From assembly GCA_024695205.1 (NCBI GenBank), contig JAILIQ010000054.1, positions 1-44,224 on the forward strand: 44,224 nucleotides of DNA. The letters are read 5' to 3'. Positions 35,781 through 43,956 of this stretch are shown here, piece by piece. This stretch comes from Lachnospiraceae bacterium (GTDB taxonomy: Bacteria > Bacillota > Clostridia > Lachnospirales > Lachnospiraceae). The notes below the pieces were generated by a model. It was not told the DNA's origin. It saw only the letters and a program-made list of their open reading frames with translations, and made no database searches. The position numbers and the translations under genes were made by a program. The stretch's first letter is position 1. Every line of letters starts with the position of its first letter.

Positions 35781-38700
35781 ATGATCTCTCTGTCGGGTGA
35801 GTGGAAAGTATATTTAAACGGTCCTGCCGGTGACGGCGCCGGTACGGGAAAAATGATCGATCTGCCCGGAACGGTGGGCGGAGCCGGACTTGGCGAAAAA
35901 ATAAGCAGAGACACCGAATGGTTCTCGGGTCTTTATAACCCGTTCTGGTATGAGCGTGAGGAATACAAAAGCGGTACCGGAGAGGATTTTAAGGTGCCTT
36001 TTCTGTCACAGCCGAAGACTTACTATGCCGGAAAAGCCGTATATGAGCGGGATTTTGTGACAGACGGCGCAGGAGCAGGTGATAACGACGGCGCAGGAGC
36101 AGATTGTGACAATGGCCCGGAAACAGACCGCAACGAAGGCTTGAAAGAAGGCAGTAACAATGGTCCGGAAGAATGCGGGGATTCCTTCAATATTGCTGCT
36201 ATGGAGAGTAATATAAAGCGGGAATGGTACCTGTTTATAGAACTTACAAAATGGCGTGTCAGTGTTGAAATCGACGGAAAGTTCATCGGAGAGGATGAAT
36301 CCCTGTGTGCTCCGTTCCTGTTCGGACCTGTGATGCTCGCAGCCGGCACTCATCATATAAAGGTTACGGTCGACAACTCAATGCTCTATCCATACCGTCC
36401 CGACGCACATTCGGTTTCGGACTGTCTTGAGGCAGGCTGGAACGGTATGGCGGGAAGGATCGGGCTGATCGGGGCAGCCGAAAAAGAAAAGCTCATTTCG
36501 GACAGAAAGATATATGCTGCGAAGCATCCCGTCAGTGTTGAGGTTGTCGGAAGAAATATAGTTGTAAACAAAAAAGCCGAATACATGCGCGGAACCCATT
36601 TCGGGGGCGGATTCCATGAAACTTTGTATCCGCCTTATGAAAGGCCGTATTGGGACCGGCTCATGAATACAGTTAAGGAATGGGGATTTAATTTTATACG
36701 TTTCCATTCGTTCTGTCCTCCCGAGGCTGCATTTGCCGCAGCCGATGAAGCGGGGGTGTTCCTGCAGGCTGAATGCGGAATGTGGAATGTATTTGATCCT
36801 GAAGATTGCGGAATGTTCGACGTTCTGATGAAGGAGACCCGTAAGATCCTCGAATGGTTCGGTCATCATCCGTCATTTATCATGCTCTCGCCTACCAACG
36901 AGCCCGGCGGACAGTGGTACGAGCCTCTTAAAAAATGGGTCGTTCTGGCAAAACAGATAAATAAAGAGCTCGGGTACGAAGGCCGCAGGCTGTTTACAGC
37001 ACAGTCGGGATGGTTTTATGACGTTCCGCCGGCGGAGATTACCGGCACTGATTATATATATTTTCACCGGTCGGCTTATGGTCCGATACACGGTGGAATG
37101 ATACGAAACCGCTGGGGCTGGAGGGGCAGGGACTATACACCTTCCCTTGAGGGCTGCAGATTGCCCGTACTTGCGCATGAGATGGGACAGTGGTGCGCAT
37201 ATCCTGATTTTGGCGTGATCGACAAGTTTACCGGTGGCATCAGAGGCGGTAATTACGAGATATTCAGGGATAATGCCGCAGAGAACGGTGTTCTGAAATA
37301 TAACAAAGAATTTGTATATGCCTCGGGAAGAGCACAGCTAAGGCTTCTTAAGGAAGACTTTGAGGCGAATTTCAGGACCAGGGAGATCACAGGCTTTGAG
37401 TATCTTGATCTGCATGATTATCCGGGCCAGGGTACTGCGCAGGTTGGGATCCTGGATGCGTTTCTGGACAACAAGGGATATGCTACACCTGTAGAATTTA
37501 AGACTTTTAATTCTCCGCTGGAGATCCTTTCAAGGATCGACGGCTATGTATATAAGAACACAGACAAACTGAAGGCTTCATTTGAGATATGTAACTTCAG
37601 CGGAGCGGATATTTGCGATGCGCGCCTGGAGTTGAACATCTGTGCATATGACGATGAAGATGAGCGAGAACAGCTCATTGACGCAGCTTATGCCGCAGGA
37701 TGCGGCGGAGCTTCAAGGTCGGGAGACCGGAAGCAGGTGTTCAGCGGTATTTTTGAGATCGCAGACACTCTTGCCGGGCAGAATACATTTGCAGGAAGCT
37801 TTGAAGCGGATCTTTCGCTTATATGTAAGAGTACCGGGGCGCTGCTCACAGCTTCATTAATTGATAAGGATAACAACTGCCGTTCCGTAAATTATTGGGA
37901 TCTGACGGTATTCGCGGAAGAGAAATGCAGGACGGATCCAGGTGATGCCGGTAAATCAGAAGATAAGGTATATTATGTGCGGACTCCGGAAGAAGCAAAG
38001 AAACTGCTTGATCTGGGCAAAACAGTAGTATTCAGTCCATACCTGTCGGATATGGATTTTGAGTGTCCTCCGTCCGGGATCCGAAATATATTCTGGAATG
38101 CCCAGATGGGGCCGTCCTGGTCAAGACCTCTTGGGATCATTGTTGATACGGACAACCCGATATTTAAGCATTTTCCGACCGGAAAAGCCGGAGGATGGGA
38201 ATGGGAGGATATCCTTGAACATGCAAGAGGACTGAATTTCAATCCCGATCACGCCAATATTGTACGCGTTGTTGATGACTGGAACCGTAATTTCCCGTTA
38301 TCGCTTATATTTGAAGGACGCGTCGGATGCGGAAAACTCTTATTCTGCTCTGCAGATCTTGAGGGCGGATATGCCGAAAGGCCAGCGGCCGCAACACTTA
38401 AAAATGCGCTCATTTGCTATGCAGGATCAGAAGAATTTGATCCGGAGCAGGAGATAAAATGGGATGATGTCTGCAGGCATCTGAAACCCCTGTACAGAGG
38501 GATGGATATCATCGACAGTGTGGAGCTGACCGGAGGGAATGACAAGACCGGCTGTCCGAACCGGGCGGGGAATGAGAAGGATAAAACCGGATCAGGGGAT
38601 GAGACGGATCCTAAGAACAGGGATCTTTCGAAAGAACTTGAGAAGCTCACGGATATCAATCCCAACATTCCTTTCAGATACGAGCCTGAGGAGTTTCCTG

Positions 38701-39110
38701 TAAGCTTCAGGATAAAGCTTAACAAACCGGTTGATATTGAAAGACTCTATGTACTTCCGATCCAGAATGACAGGGACTTTCCCGGTGTGATCAGAAAATA
38801 CGGGATTAAGGTCAACGGCAGAGAGTTTGGCGGTGAATGGAAGAACGGATTTGAGACACAGTATTCGGATCTTATTTGCGAACATGCCGATGAGCTTGTA
38901 TTTACTGTTTATTCAACATATTCCATGGGAACTGCAACGAGATGGTATGAGGAAAAAACAGGCTATTACAGGAGGACCGCAACGGAACCGCTGCTGATCA
39001 CGGCAGCTTCCCTGGGAATCGAATATAAAGGCGCGGACGGATTCCGCAGAAACGATGACCTTTTCTGGAAGGGCGAGGTCGTAAGACTTAATGTGACAAT
39101 AGAACAGTAA
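35781..39110 (+). CDS. Glycoside hydrolase family 2-like enzyme (1109 aa, cytoplasmic) with low-complexity insertions and a possible C-terminal discoidin/CBM32-like domain
   Basis: The N-terminal sugar-binding-domain pattern is LSGEWKV...DLPGT. TIM-barrel elements are NFIRFHSFCPPEAAFAAADEAGVFLQAE, an acid/base-like LSPTNEPGG and a nucleophile-like LAHEMGQW. No signal peptide. Substrate not assignable. Confidence 0.7.
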   Translation: MISLSGEWKVYLNGPAGDGAGTGKMIDLPGTVGGAGLGEKISRDTEWFSGLYNPFWYEREEYKSGTGEDFKVPFLSQPKTYYAGKAVYERDFVTDGAGAGDNDGAGADCDNGPETDRNEGLKEGSNNGPEECGDSFNIAAMESNIKREWYLFIELTKWRVSVEIDGKFIGEDESLCAPFLFGPVMLAAGTHHIKVTVDNSMLYPYRPDAHSVSDCLEAGWNGMAGRIGLIGAAEKEKLISDRKIYAAKHPVSVEVVGRNIVVNKKAEYMRGTHFGGGFHETLYPPYERPYWDRLMNTVKEWGFNFIRFHSFCPPEAAFAAADEAGVFLQAECGMWNVFDPEDCGMFDVLMKETRKILEWFGHHPSFIMLSPTNEPGGQWYEPLKKWVVLAKQINKELGYEGRRLFTAQSGWFYDVPPAEITGTDYIYFHRSAYGPIHGGMIRNRWGWRGRDYTPSLEGCRLPVLAHEMGQWCAYPDFGVIDKFTGGIRGGNYEIFRDNAAENGVLKYNKEFVYASGRAQLRLLKEDFEANFRTREITGFEYLDLHDYPGQGTAQVGILDAFLDNKGYATPVEFKTFNSPLEILSRIDGYVYKNTDKLKASFEICNFSGADICDARLELNICAYDDEDEREQLIDAAYAAGCGGASRSGDRKQVFSGIFEIADTLAGQNTFAGSFEADLSLICKSTGALLTASLIDKDNNCRSVNYWDLTVFAEEKCRTDPGDAGKSEDKVYYVRTPEEAKKLLDLGKTVVFSPYLSDMDFECPPSGIRNIFWNAQMGPSWSRPLGIIVDTDNPIFKHFPTGKAGGWEWEDILEHARGLNFNPDHANIVRVVDDWNRNFPLSLIFEGRVGCGKLLFCSADLEGGYAERPAAATLKNALICYAGSEEFDPEQEIKWDDVCRHLKPLYRGMDIIDSVELTGGNDKTGCPNRAGNEKDKTGSGDETDPKNRDLSKELEKLTDINPNIPFRYEPEEFPVSFRIKLNKPVDIERLYVLPIQNDRDFPGVIRKYGIKVNGREFGGEWKNGFETQYSDLICEHADELVFTVYSTYSMGTATRWYEEKTGYYRRTATEPLLITAASLGIEYKGADGFRRNDDLFWKGEVVRLNVTIEQ

Positions 39111-39143
39111 AAAGATATCATTTTCAGATTACGGGGTTTGAAC

Positions 39144-40985
39144 ATGAAATTACACAGATTAATGGGGAATACAGGATATACGACTTTCGGCTGTATGTGG
39201 GAGAAGGGTATTTGTGATCAAAAATCCGACTACGTTTGTAGAAATTCCGATGGCGAGAGTATTCCCATTCAATCAAGAATAACGGCCCTCTGGCCCGACG
39301 GTTCGGTCAAATGGACCGCACACACCGCAGATTCGTTAAAATGCGGCAATGATATCATTGTTTTGCCTTTGGATGCGCTTGATGCGGACCGGGTTCCGGC
39401 TTCGGAAGGCGGAACGGCGGTTGAGTGTGCTGATGAAGGCGGAACGGTTGATAAGTGTGCTGTGGAAAGCGGAACGACAGGTAAGCCCGGAGTGCATTCC
39501 GGAACGACAGAGGGAATGCGGCTTACAAAGCAGGATGACGGCTTCTGCATCTTGAACGGACAATTGATAATAAAGATACCGTTTTCCGGTGACTGCCTTA
39601 TATCCGAAGTTTTTGAATATAACGGGGATACCATACATGATGCGGTATCAGATACTCCTGAGTGTCCGAATGCCTCGGAACATCTGGATTCTTCAGAATG
39701 CACAAACGCAGCAGGGCAGAACAGTAAAGGTTCGGCGGATCTTCGGACGGTTGCCCGCAGATTCCGGCCTGACCTTGTCCTTACCGGTCCGACCTGCATC
39801 AATGGGAATCCCGCATGGGAGGAGAGACATTTTTCAGGCCGCATCGACAATGTGACGGTTGAGGAAGAAGGACCGTTGATGTGTGCCTTCAGATTTGACG
39901 GAACTCATATCGATAAGACAGGTGTAGAAAGATTTCGCTTTGTAATAAGGCTTAAGGTTTTTTATAACAGCAGGGAATTAAAGTTTACCCATACATTTAT
40001 TTACGACGGAGAGCCGGAGAAGGACTATCTGAAAGCCCTTTCGGTGGTGTTTGAGATGCCTGCATGCGGTGAAATGTACAACAGGCACATCAAATTTGCG
40101 ACCGATCACGGAACCTTCCATGAGTCGGCGATGACAATGATCAGCTGGCGGCCCCGCGTGCCGAAGGATCTGCATGCGGCGCAGATGAGAGGAGAACTGC
40201 TCAAGCCCGAAGGAGATGAGCTTGCCGCAGTCAATAAGATCATGGAGGACATACCTTTCTGGGATACTTATGATCTGTGCCAGGACAGCGATTCTCATTT
40301 TGAGATCAGAAAAAAGCTTGAAGGCGACGATCTGTGCTATATTGACGCTTTGAACGGAAACAGGGCCAAGGGTGCCGCATTTGTGGGAACCACTGCAGGC
40401 GGAGTCATGTTTGCGATAAGGGATTTCTGGGAAAAATACCCTTCGGGATTTACGATCGAAGGGCTGACCCGGGACAATATAACTGTCCGCATGCATCTGT
40501 GGTCACCCGAAGCAAGACCGTTTGATTTCAGACATTATGCAAGACGCGGATATAATCAGGTCTGCTATGAAGGCTATGATTATAAGGGCGCGGATCCGTA
40601 CGGTATCGCATGTACGAATGAGCTGAGTGTGAAATTCACGCAGCCGGGCATGGTCCCGGGAGAGAAAGCCGGTGGCGGACACAGCGATCAAATATACAGG
40701 ATATGTGTAACAGACGCAGAGCTTCTGCAGTATGCCTCGGACGTCAACACGACAACACTGTTTGTCGGCGATCCGGAGTATTACCATGATCTGCGTGCAT
40801 TCGGCTACTGGTCGCTCGTAAAGGATGCGGAAGCTGCAGGGATCGATCCTGCGCTGCAGTCCGAAATGCCGGGAGACCAAAACGGAACAGATCTGCAGAA
40901 GAAGCTTGAGAAGGATCTGGCACGCTGCTTTGAATTTTATAAAAATGAAGTTGAGCAGCGCAAATGGTACGGAATGTTCAACTAG
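39144..40985 (+). CDS. N-terminal fragment of the YetA-like gene, as an ORF caller would report it
   Basis: The ORF ends at TAG 40983-40985. It contains a 30-nt tandem-repeat insertion at 39405-39515. Confidence 0.6.
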   Translation: MKLHRLMGNTGYTTFGCMWEKGICDQKSDYVCRNSDGESIPIQSRITALWPDGSVKWTAHTADSLKCGNDIIVLPLDALDADRVPASEGGTAVECADEGGTVDKCAVESGTTGKPGVHSGTTEGMRLTKQDDGFCILNGQLIIKIPFSGDCLISEVFEYNGDTIHDAVSDTPECPNASEHLDSSECTNAAGQNSKGSADLRTVARRFRPDLVLTGPTCINGNPAWEERHFSGRIDNVTVEEEGPLMCAFRFDGTHIDKTGVERFRFVIRLKVFYNSRELKFTHTFIYDGEPEKDYLKALSVVFEMPACGEMYNRHIKFATDHGTFHESAMTMISWRPRVPKDLHAAQMRGELLKPEGDELAAVNKIMEDIPFWDTYDLCQDSDSHFEIRKKLEGDDLCYIDALNGNRAKGAAFVGTTAGGVMFAIRDFWEKYPSGFTIEGLTRDNITVRMHLWSPEARPFDFRHYARRGYNQVCYEGYDYKGADPYGIACTNELSVKFTQPGMVPGEKAGGGHSDQIYRICVTDAELLQYASDVNTTTLFVGDPEYYHDLRAFGYWSLVKDAEAAGIDPALQSEMPGDQNGTDLQKKLEKDLARCFEFYKNEVEQRKWYGMFN

Positions 40986-40994
40986 GGCGATTTC

Positions 40995-42041
40995 ATGCAT
41001 ACCTACGATCCGGACAGGCATGTATGGCGCTATGATGTGGGTGGTTACGCGTGGGACAATACCGAGCTCGTACCGACACTGTGGCTGTGGTATTACTTCA
41101 TGAGGACCGGAAGAGCCGATGTATTCAGGCTTGCGGAGAAGCTGACACGCCATACATCAGAGGTCGATGTCTATCATATCGGCAAATACAAGGGCATGGG
41201 TTCGCGCCACAATGTTATCCACTGGGGCTGCCCGTGCAAGGAAGCACGTATCGCGATGGCCGGACACCACAGGTTTTATTATTACCTGACAGGTGACAGG
41301 CGGCTTGAAGATATATTTGACGAACTTAAGGACAATGAGGAGACCTTCTTAAACCGCGATCCGCTCGGTGATTTTTATCCGAAGGAAGCGATGGTCGAGC
41401 CTTCTCATGCAAGGAGCGGGCCTGACTGGTCTTCACTGTGTTCAAACTGGATGACGCAGTGGGAGAGGACAGGAGATACAAAGTACCGCGACAAGATCAT
41501 GGTTGGTACGGAAGATATTGAAAATGCACCGTTAAAGCTTGTTTCGGGACCTGATTTTGAGTTTAATCCGAAAACACTGCATTTAAGATATATTGGGGAA
41601 CGTACCACGGGAGGGACTCATCTTCAGATCTGCATGGGTGCCCCGCAGATCTGGACAGAGATGGCGGATCTGCTCGATGACGATGAATGGCGCGATATGC
41701 TGGCTCAGTACGGAAGATTCTATTTCCTGCCCGATGATGAAAAGCAGAAGGAATCGAACGGACTGATAGGCGACAGACAGTTTACGATCCCGATGTTTGC
41801 ATGCGGGATAGGAGCGTATGGCGCAGCAAGACTTAAGGATAAAGAGCTGGCCGAAAGAGTGATAAAAACTTTGCTTGATGCCCAATACAAGGATTGTGAC
41901 TCGGAAGGCTTTGTGGCACATACAGTAAAGGATGCCGGCAATAACGGCGAACTTGCCGAGATTCCCTGGATCTCGACCAACCATGCGGCTCAGTTCTGCC
42001 TGAACGCGATCATGGTGATGGAATTTCTGGAAATGAAGTGA
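40995..42041 (+). CDS. C-terminal fragment of the YetA-like gene, as an ORF caller would report it
   Basis: Same frame as the upstream fragment, with no RBS of its own before ATG 40995. The conserved-looking sequence continues from codon 40986. Confidence 0.55.
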   Translation: MHTYDPDRHVWRYDVGGYAWDNTELVPTLWLWYYFMRTGRADVFRLAEKLTRHTSEVDVYHIGKYKGMGSRHNVIHWGCPCKEARIAMAGHHRFYYYLTGDRRLEDIFDELKDNEETFLNRDPLGDFYPKEAMVEPSHARSGPDWSSLCSNWMTQWERTGDTKYRDKIMVGTEDIENAPLKLVSGPDFEFNPKTLHLRYIGERTTGGTHLQICMGAPQIWTEMADLLDDDEWRDMLAQYGRFYFLPDDEKQKESNGLIGDRQFTIPMFACGIGAYGAARLKDKELAERVIKTLLDAQYKDCDSEGFVAHTVKDAGNNGELAEIPWISTNHAAQFCLNAIMVMEFLEMK

Positions 42042-42046
42042 ATTCA

Positions 42047-42104
42047 GTAACGGATCGGTGACGTAACAGATCAGTGACGTAGCGGATCGGTGACGTAACA
42101 GAGC
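42047..42104. repeat. 16-bp tandem direct repeat (about 3.6 copies) upstream of rhaB
   Basis: GTAACGGATCGGTGAC / GTAACAGATCAGTGAC / GTAGCGGATCGGTGAC / GTAACAGAGC. Each full unit contains GATC. Confidence 0.85.
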
Positions 42105-42133
42105 TCCGGAGCAGTTGATCAATGCAGCAACGG

Positions 42134-42150
42134 CTGCGGATGATCCGCAG
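42134..42150 (+). promoter_or_regulatory. Short hairpin between the repeat array and rhaB
   Basis: CTGCGGA-TGA-TCCGCAG (7-bp stem, 3-nt loop) followed by TTAATG. It could be a weak terminator or processing element, or an operator palindrome. Confidence 0.3.
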
Positions 42151-42186
42151 TTAATGCGGTAAAATAACGGGATCACGGAGGTGCGG

Positions 42187-43593
42187 ATGAATCATTACCT
42201 TGCAGTGGATATCGGTGCTTCAAGCGGGCGCCATATTCTCGGAAGCATAGAGAACGGAAAGATGACCGTTGAGGAGATATACAGGTTTCCGAACGGGATG
42301 ATCGAAAAAGACGGTCACAAATACTGGGATACAGAGGCGCTTTTTAAGCATATCCTGGCGGGCATGAAAAAATGTGCCGAAATCGGGAAGATCCCGGCAA
42401 GCATGGGGATAGATACGTGGGCTGTCGATTATGCGCTGATCGGCAAGGATGGCGAACTTGTAAGTCCTGTATACGGGTATCGCGACAGCCGGACCGAAAA
42501 TATCGGCAAAGAGGTTTATGAGCGTATTCCGCTTGACGAACTGTATGCAAGGACCGGAATACAGAAACAGCCTTTTAACACGATCTATCAGCTTGCGGCG
42601 GCGCTTAAGGAAGAACCGGAGAGTCTTGAAAAGGCTGAAATGATGCTGATGATCCCCGATTATTTCCACTATCTGCTCACGGGATGCGCGGTTACCGAAT
42701 ACACAAATGCCTCGACCACACAGCTGCTTGATCCCGGAAAATATGACTGGGATCTTGAACTGATCGAAAGAGTCGGGATCCCGAAGCATTTATTTACGAA
42801 AATAGCTGAACCGGGTACGGTTCTTGGAGATCTTAAAAAGGAGATCGCCGATGAAGTCGGTTTTAACTGCAAGGTGGTGCTTCCGGCAACCCATGATACC
42901 GGATCTGCTGTGGTTGCGGTGCCTGCCGGAGAATCAGACGATTATAACGTTCTGTATATTAGCTCGGGAACCTGGTCACTGATGGGAACGGAGCTTATGA
43001 AGGCAGATACTTCCGCCAAGAGCATGGAGAGAAATCTTACAAACGAAGGCGGATATGAGCACAGATTAAGATATCTGAAAAACATCATGGGATTGTGGAT
43101 GATCCAGTCTGCAAAAGCCGAGCTGGTGCCCGATATGAGCTACGGCGAACTGTGCGAGGCTGCATCGAAGGAGACGATCCGTTCGATAATCCCCGCCAAT
43201 GACGGCCGGTTCTTAAGTCCCGCAAATATGACCGAAGAAGTTAAGGCAGCCTGCAGAGAGAGCGGGCAGCAGATACCCGAAACACCCGCACAGGTCGCAG
43301 CGGTCATCTATAACAGCCTGGCTGCATGCTACGCCGAAACCCTTCGCGAGATAGAGGAAATGACCGGAAAGCATTATGACTGCATACACGTGATCGGCGG
43401 CGGGTCAAATGCGGATTATCTGAACAGGATCACGGCGAAGGCCTGCGAAAGGACTGTATTTGCCGGACCTTCTGAAGCTACCGCGATCGGTAATCTGCTG
43501 GTACAGATGATCGCGGGTAGAGAGATTAAGGGCCTGAAGGAAGCCAGGAAGCTGGTATTTGATTCATTCGATATACGGGAATATGCGATCTGA
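42187..43593 (+). CDS. rhaB: Rhamnulokinase (FGGY carbohydrate kinase family)
   Basis: Collinear similarity to E. coli RhaB across several motifs: AVDIGASSGRHILG, GIDTWAVDYALIG, YRDSRT, MIPDYFHYLLTG, EYTNASTTQLLD, THDTGSAVVA, SSGTWSLMG, TNEGGYEHRLRYLKNIMGLWMIQ and IHVIGGGSNADYLN. ATG 42187 lies 5 nt after GGAGG. Confidence 0.93.
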   Translation: MNHYLAVDIGASSGRHILGSIENGKMTVEEIYRFPNGMIEKDGHKYWDTEALFKHILAGMKKCAEIGKIPASMGIDTWAVDYALIGKDGELVSPVYGYRDSRTENIGKEVYERIPLDELYARTGIQKQPFNTIYQLAAALKEEPESLEKAEMMLMIPDYFHYLLTGCAVTEYTNASTTQLLDPGKYDWDLELIERVGIPKHLFTKIAEPGTVLGDLKKEIADEVGFNCKVVLPATHDTGSAVVAVPAGESDDYNVLYISSGTWSLMGTELMKADTSAKSMERNLTNEGGYEHRLRYLKNIMGLWMIQSAKAELVPDMSYGELCEAASKETIRSIIPANDGRFLSPANMTEEVKAACRESGQQIPETPAQVAAVIYNSLAACYAETLREIEEMTGKHYDCIHVIGGGSNADYLNRITAKACERTVFAGPSEATAIGNLLVQMIAGREIKGLKEARKLVFDSFDIREYAI

Positions 43594-43654
43594 GGATTTA
43601 TGGAGAGAGCTGATATATATGATATGGAAGTCCATAAACTATACGGAAAACTGT

Positions 43655-43756
43655 AAATCATAGATGACCGCAAACCATAGAAAATTGTAAACCATAGAAA
43701 ACCGTAAACCATAGAAAATTGTAAACCATAGAAAACCGTAAACCATAGACTATAGT
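43655..43756. repeat. 17-nt tandem repeat array (6 units; degenerate copies extend to about 43631-43830) in the rhaB-rhaA spacer
   Basis: AAATCATAGATGACCGC, then AAACCATAGAAAATTGT / AAACCATAGAAAACCGT alternating twice (a 34-nt higher-order unit), then AAACCATAGACTATAGT. Confidence 0.9.
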
Positions 43757-43876
43757 AAAAAATATAAGTCATAGAAAAAAGGCTTAAACCATCGGAAAAA
43801 CTGCTGACCGTAGAAAGACATAAACCGGAAATAATTTTAACTTATATGGTAACCAGAAATTTGCTAACGACATGTG

Positions 43877-43944
43877 TAGAAAACAATAAAATAGAAGGCA
43901 CATCATAGAAAATACAAAATAGAAAATACAAAATAGAAAACACA
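43877..43944. repeat. 14-nt tandem repeat array (about 5 units) ending at the rhaA RBS
   Basis: TAGAAAACAATAAA / ATAGAAGGCACATC / ATAGAAAATACAAA / ATAGAAAATACAAA / ATAGAAAACACA, followed directly by GGAGGAG. It shares the ATAGAAAA core with the 17-nt array. Confidence 0.85.
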
Positions 43945-43956
43945 GGAGGAGAAGGT

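Larger units (their letters stand above)
39144..42041 (+). pseudogene. YetA-like large protein (possibly exo-rhamnogalacturonan lyase / PL26-related; unverified) interrupted by one in-frame TAG at 40983-40985
   Basis: The two ORFs share one frame and are separated only by TAG GGC GAT TTC. The junction reads KWYGMFN*GDFMHTYDPDRHVWRYDVGGYAWDNTE. The start is preferred at ATG 39144; the ORF track uses TTG 39138. Confidence 0.7.

Noticed and set aside
40983-40985. Amber codon as pyrrolysine or a reassigned sense codon.
   Set aside because: No pyl genes or suppressor tRNA occur in the window. TAG also ends the PL11 gene at a plausible C-terminus. A single-base change from a Tyr codon is the simplest explanation. 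I keep this as a finding but do not claim recoding.
43655-43944. Whether the repeat arrays between rhaB and rhaA are a CRISPR array.
   Set aside because: The units are 14-17 nt and directly abutting, with no unique spacers. No cas genes or leader are present. They are tandem minisatellite-type repeats.
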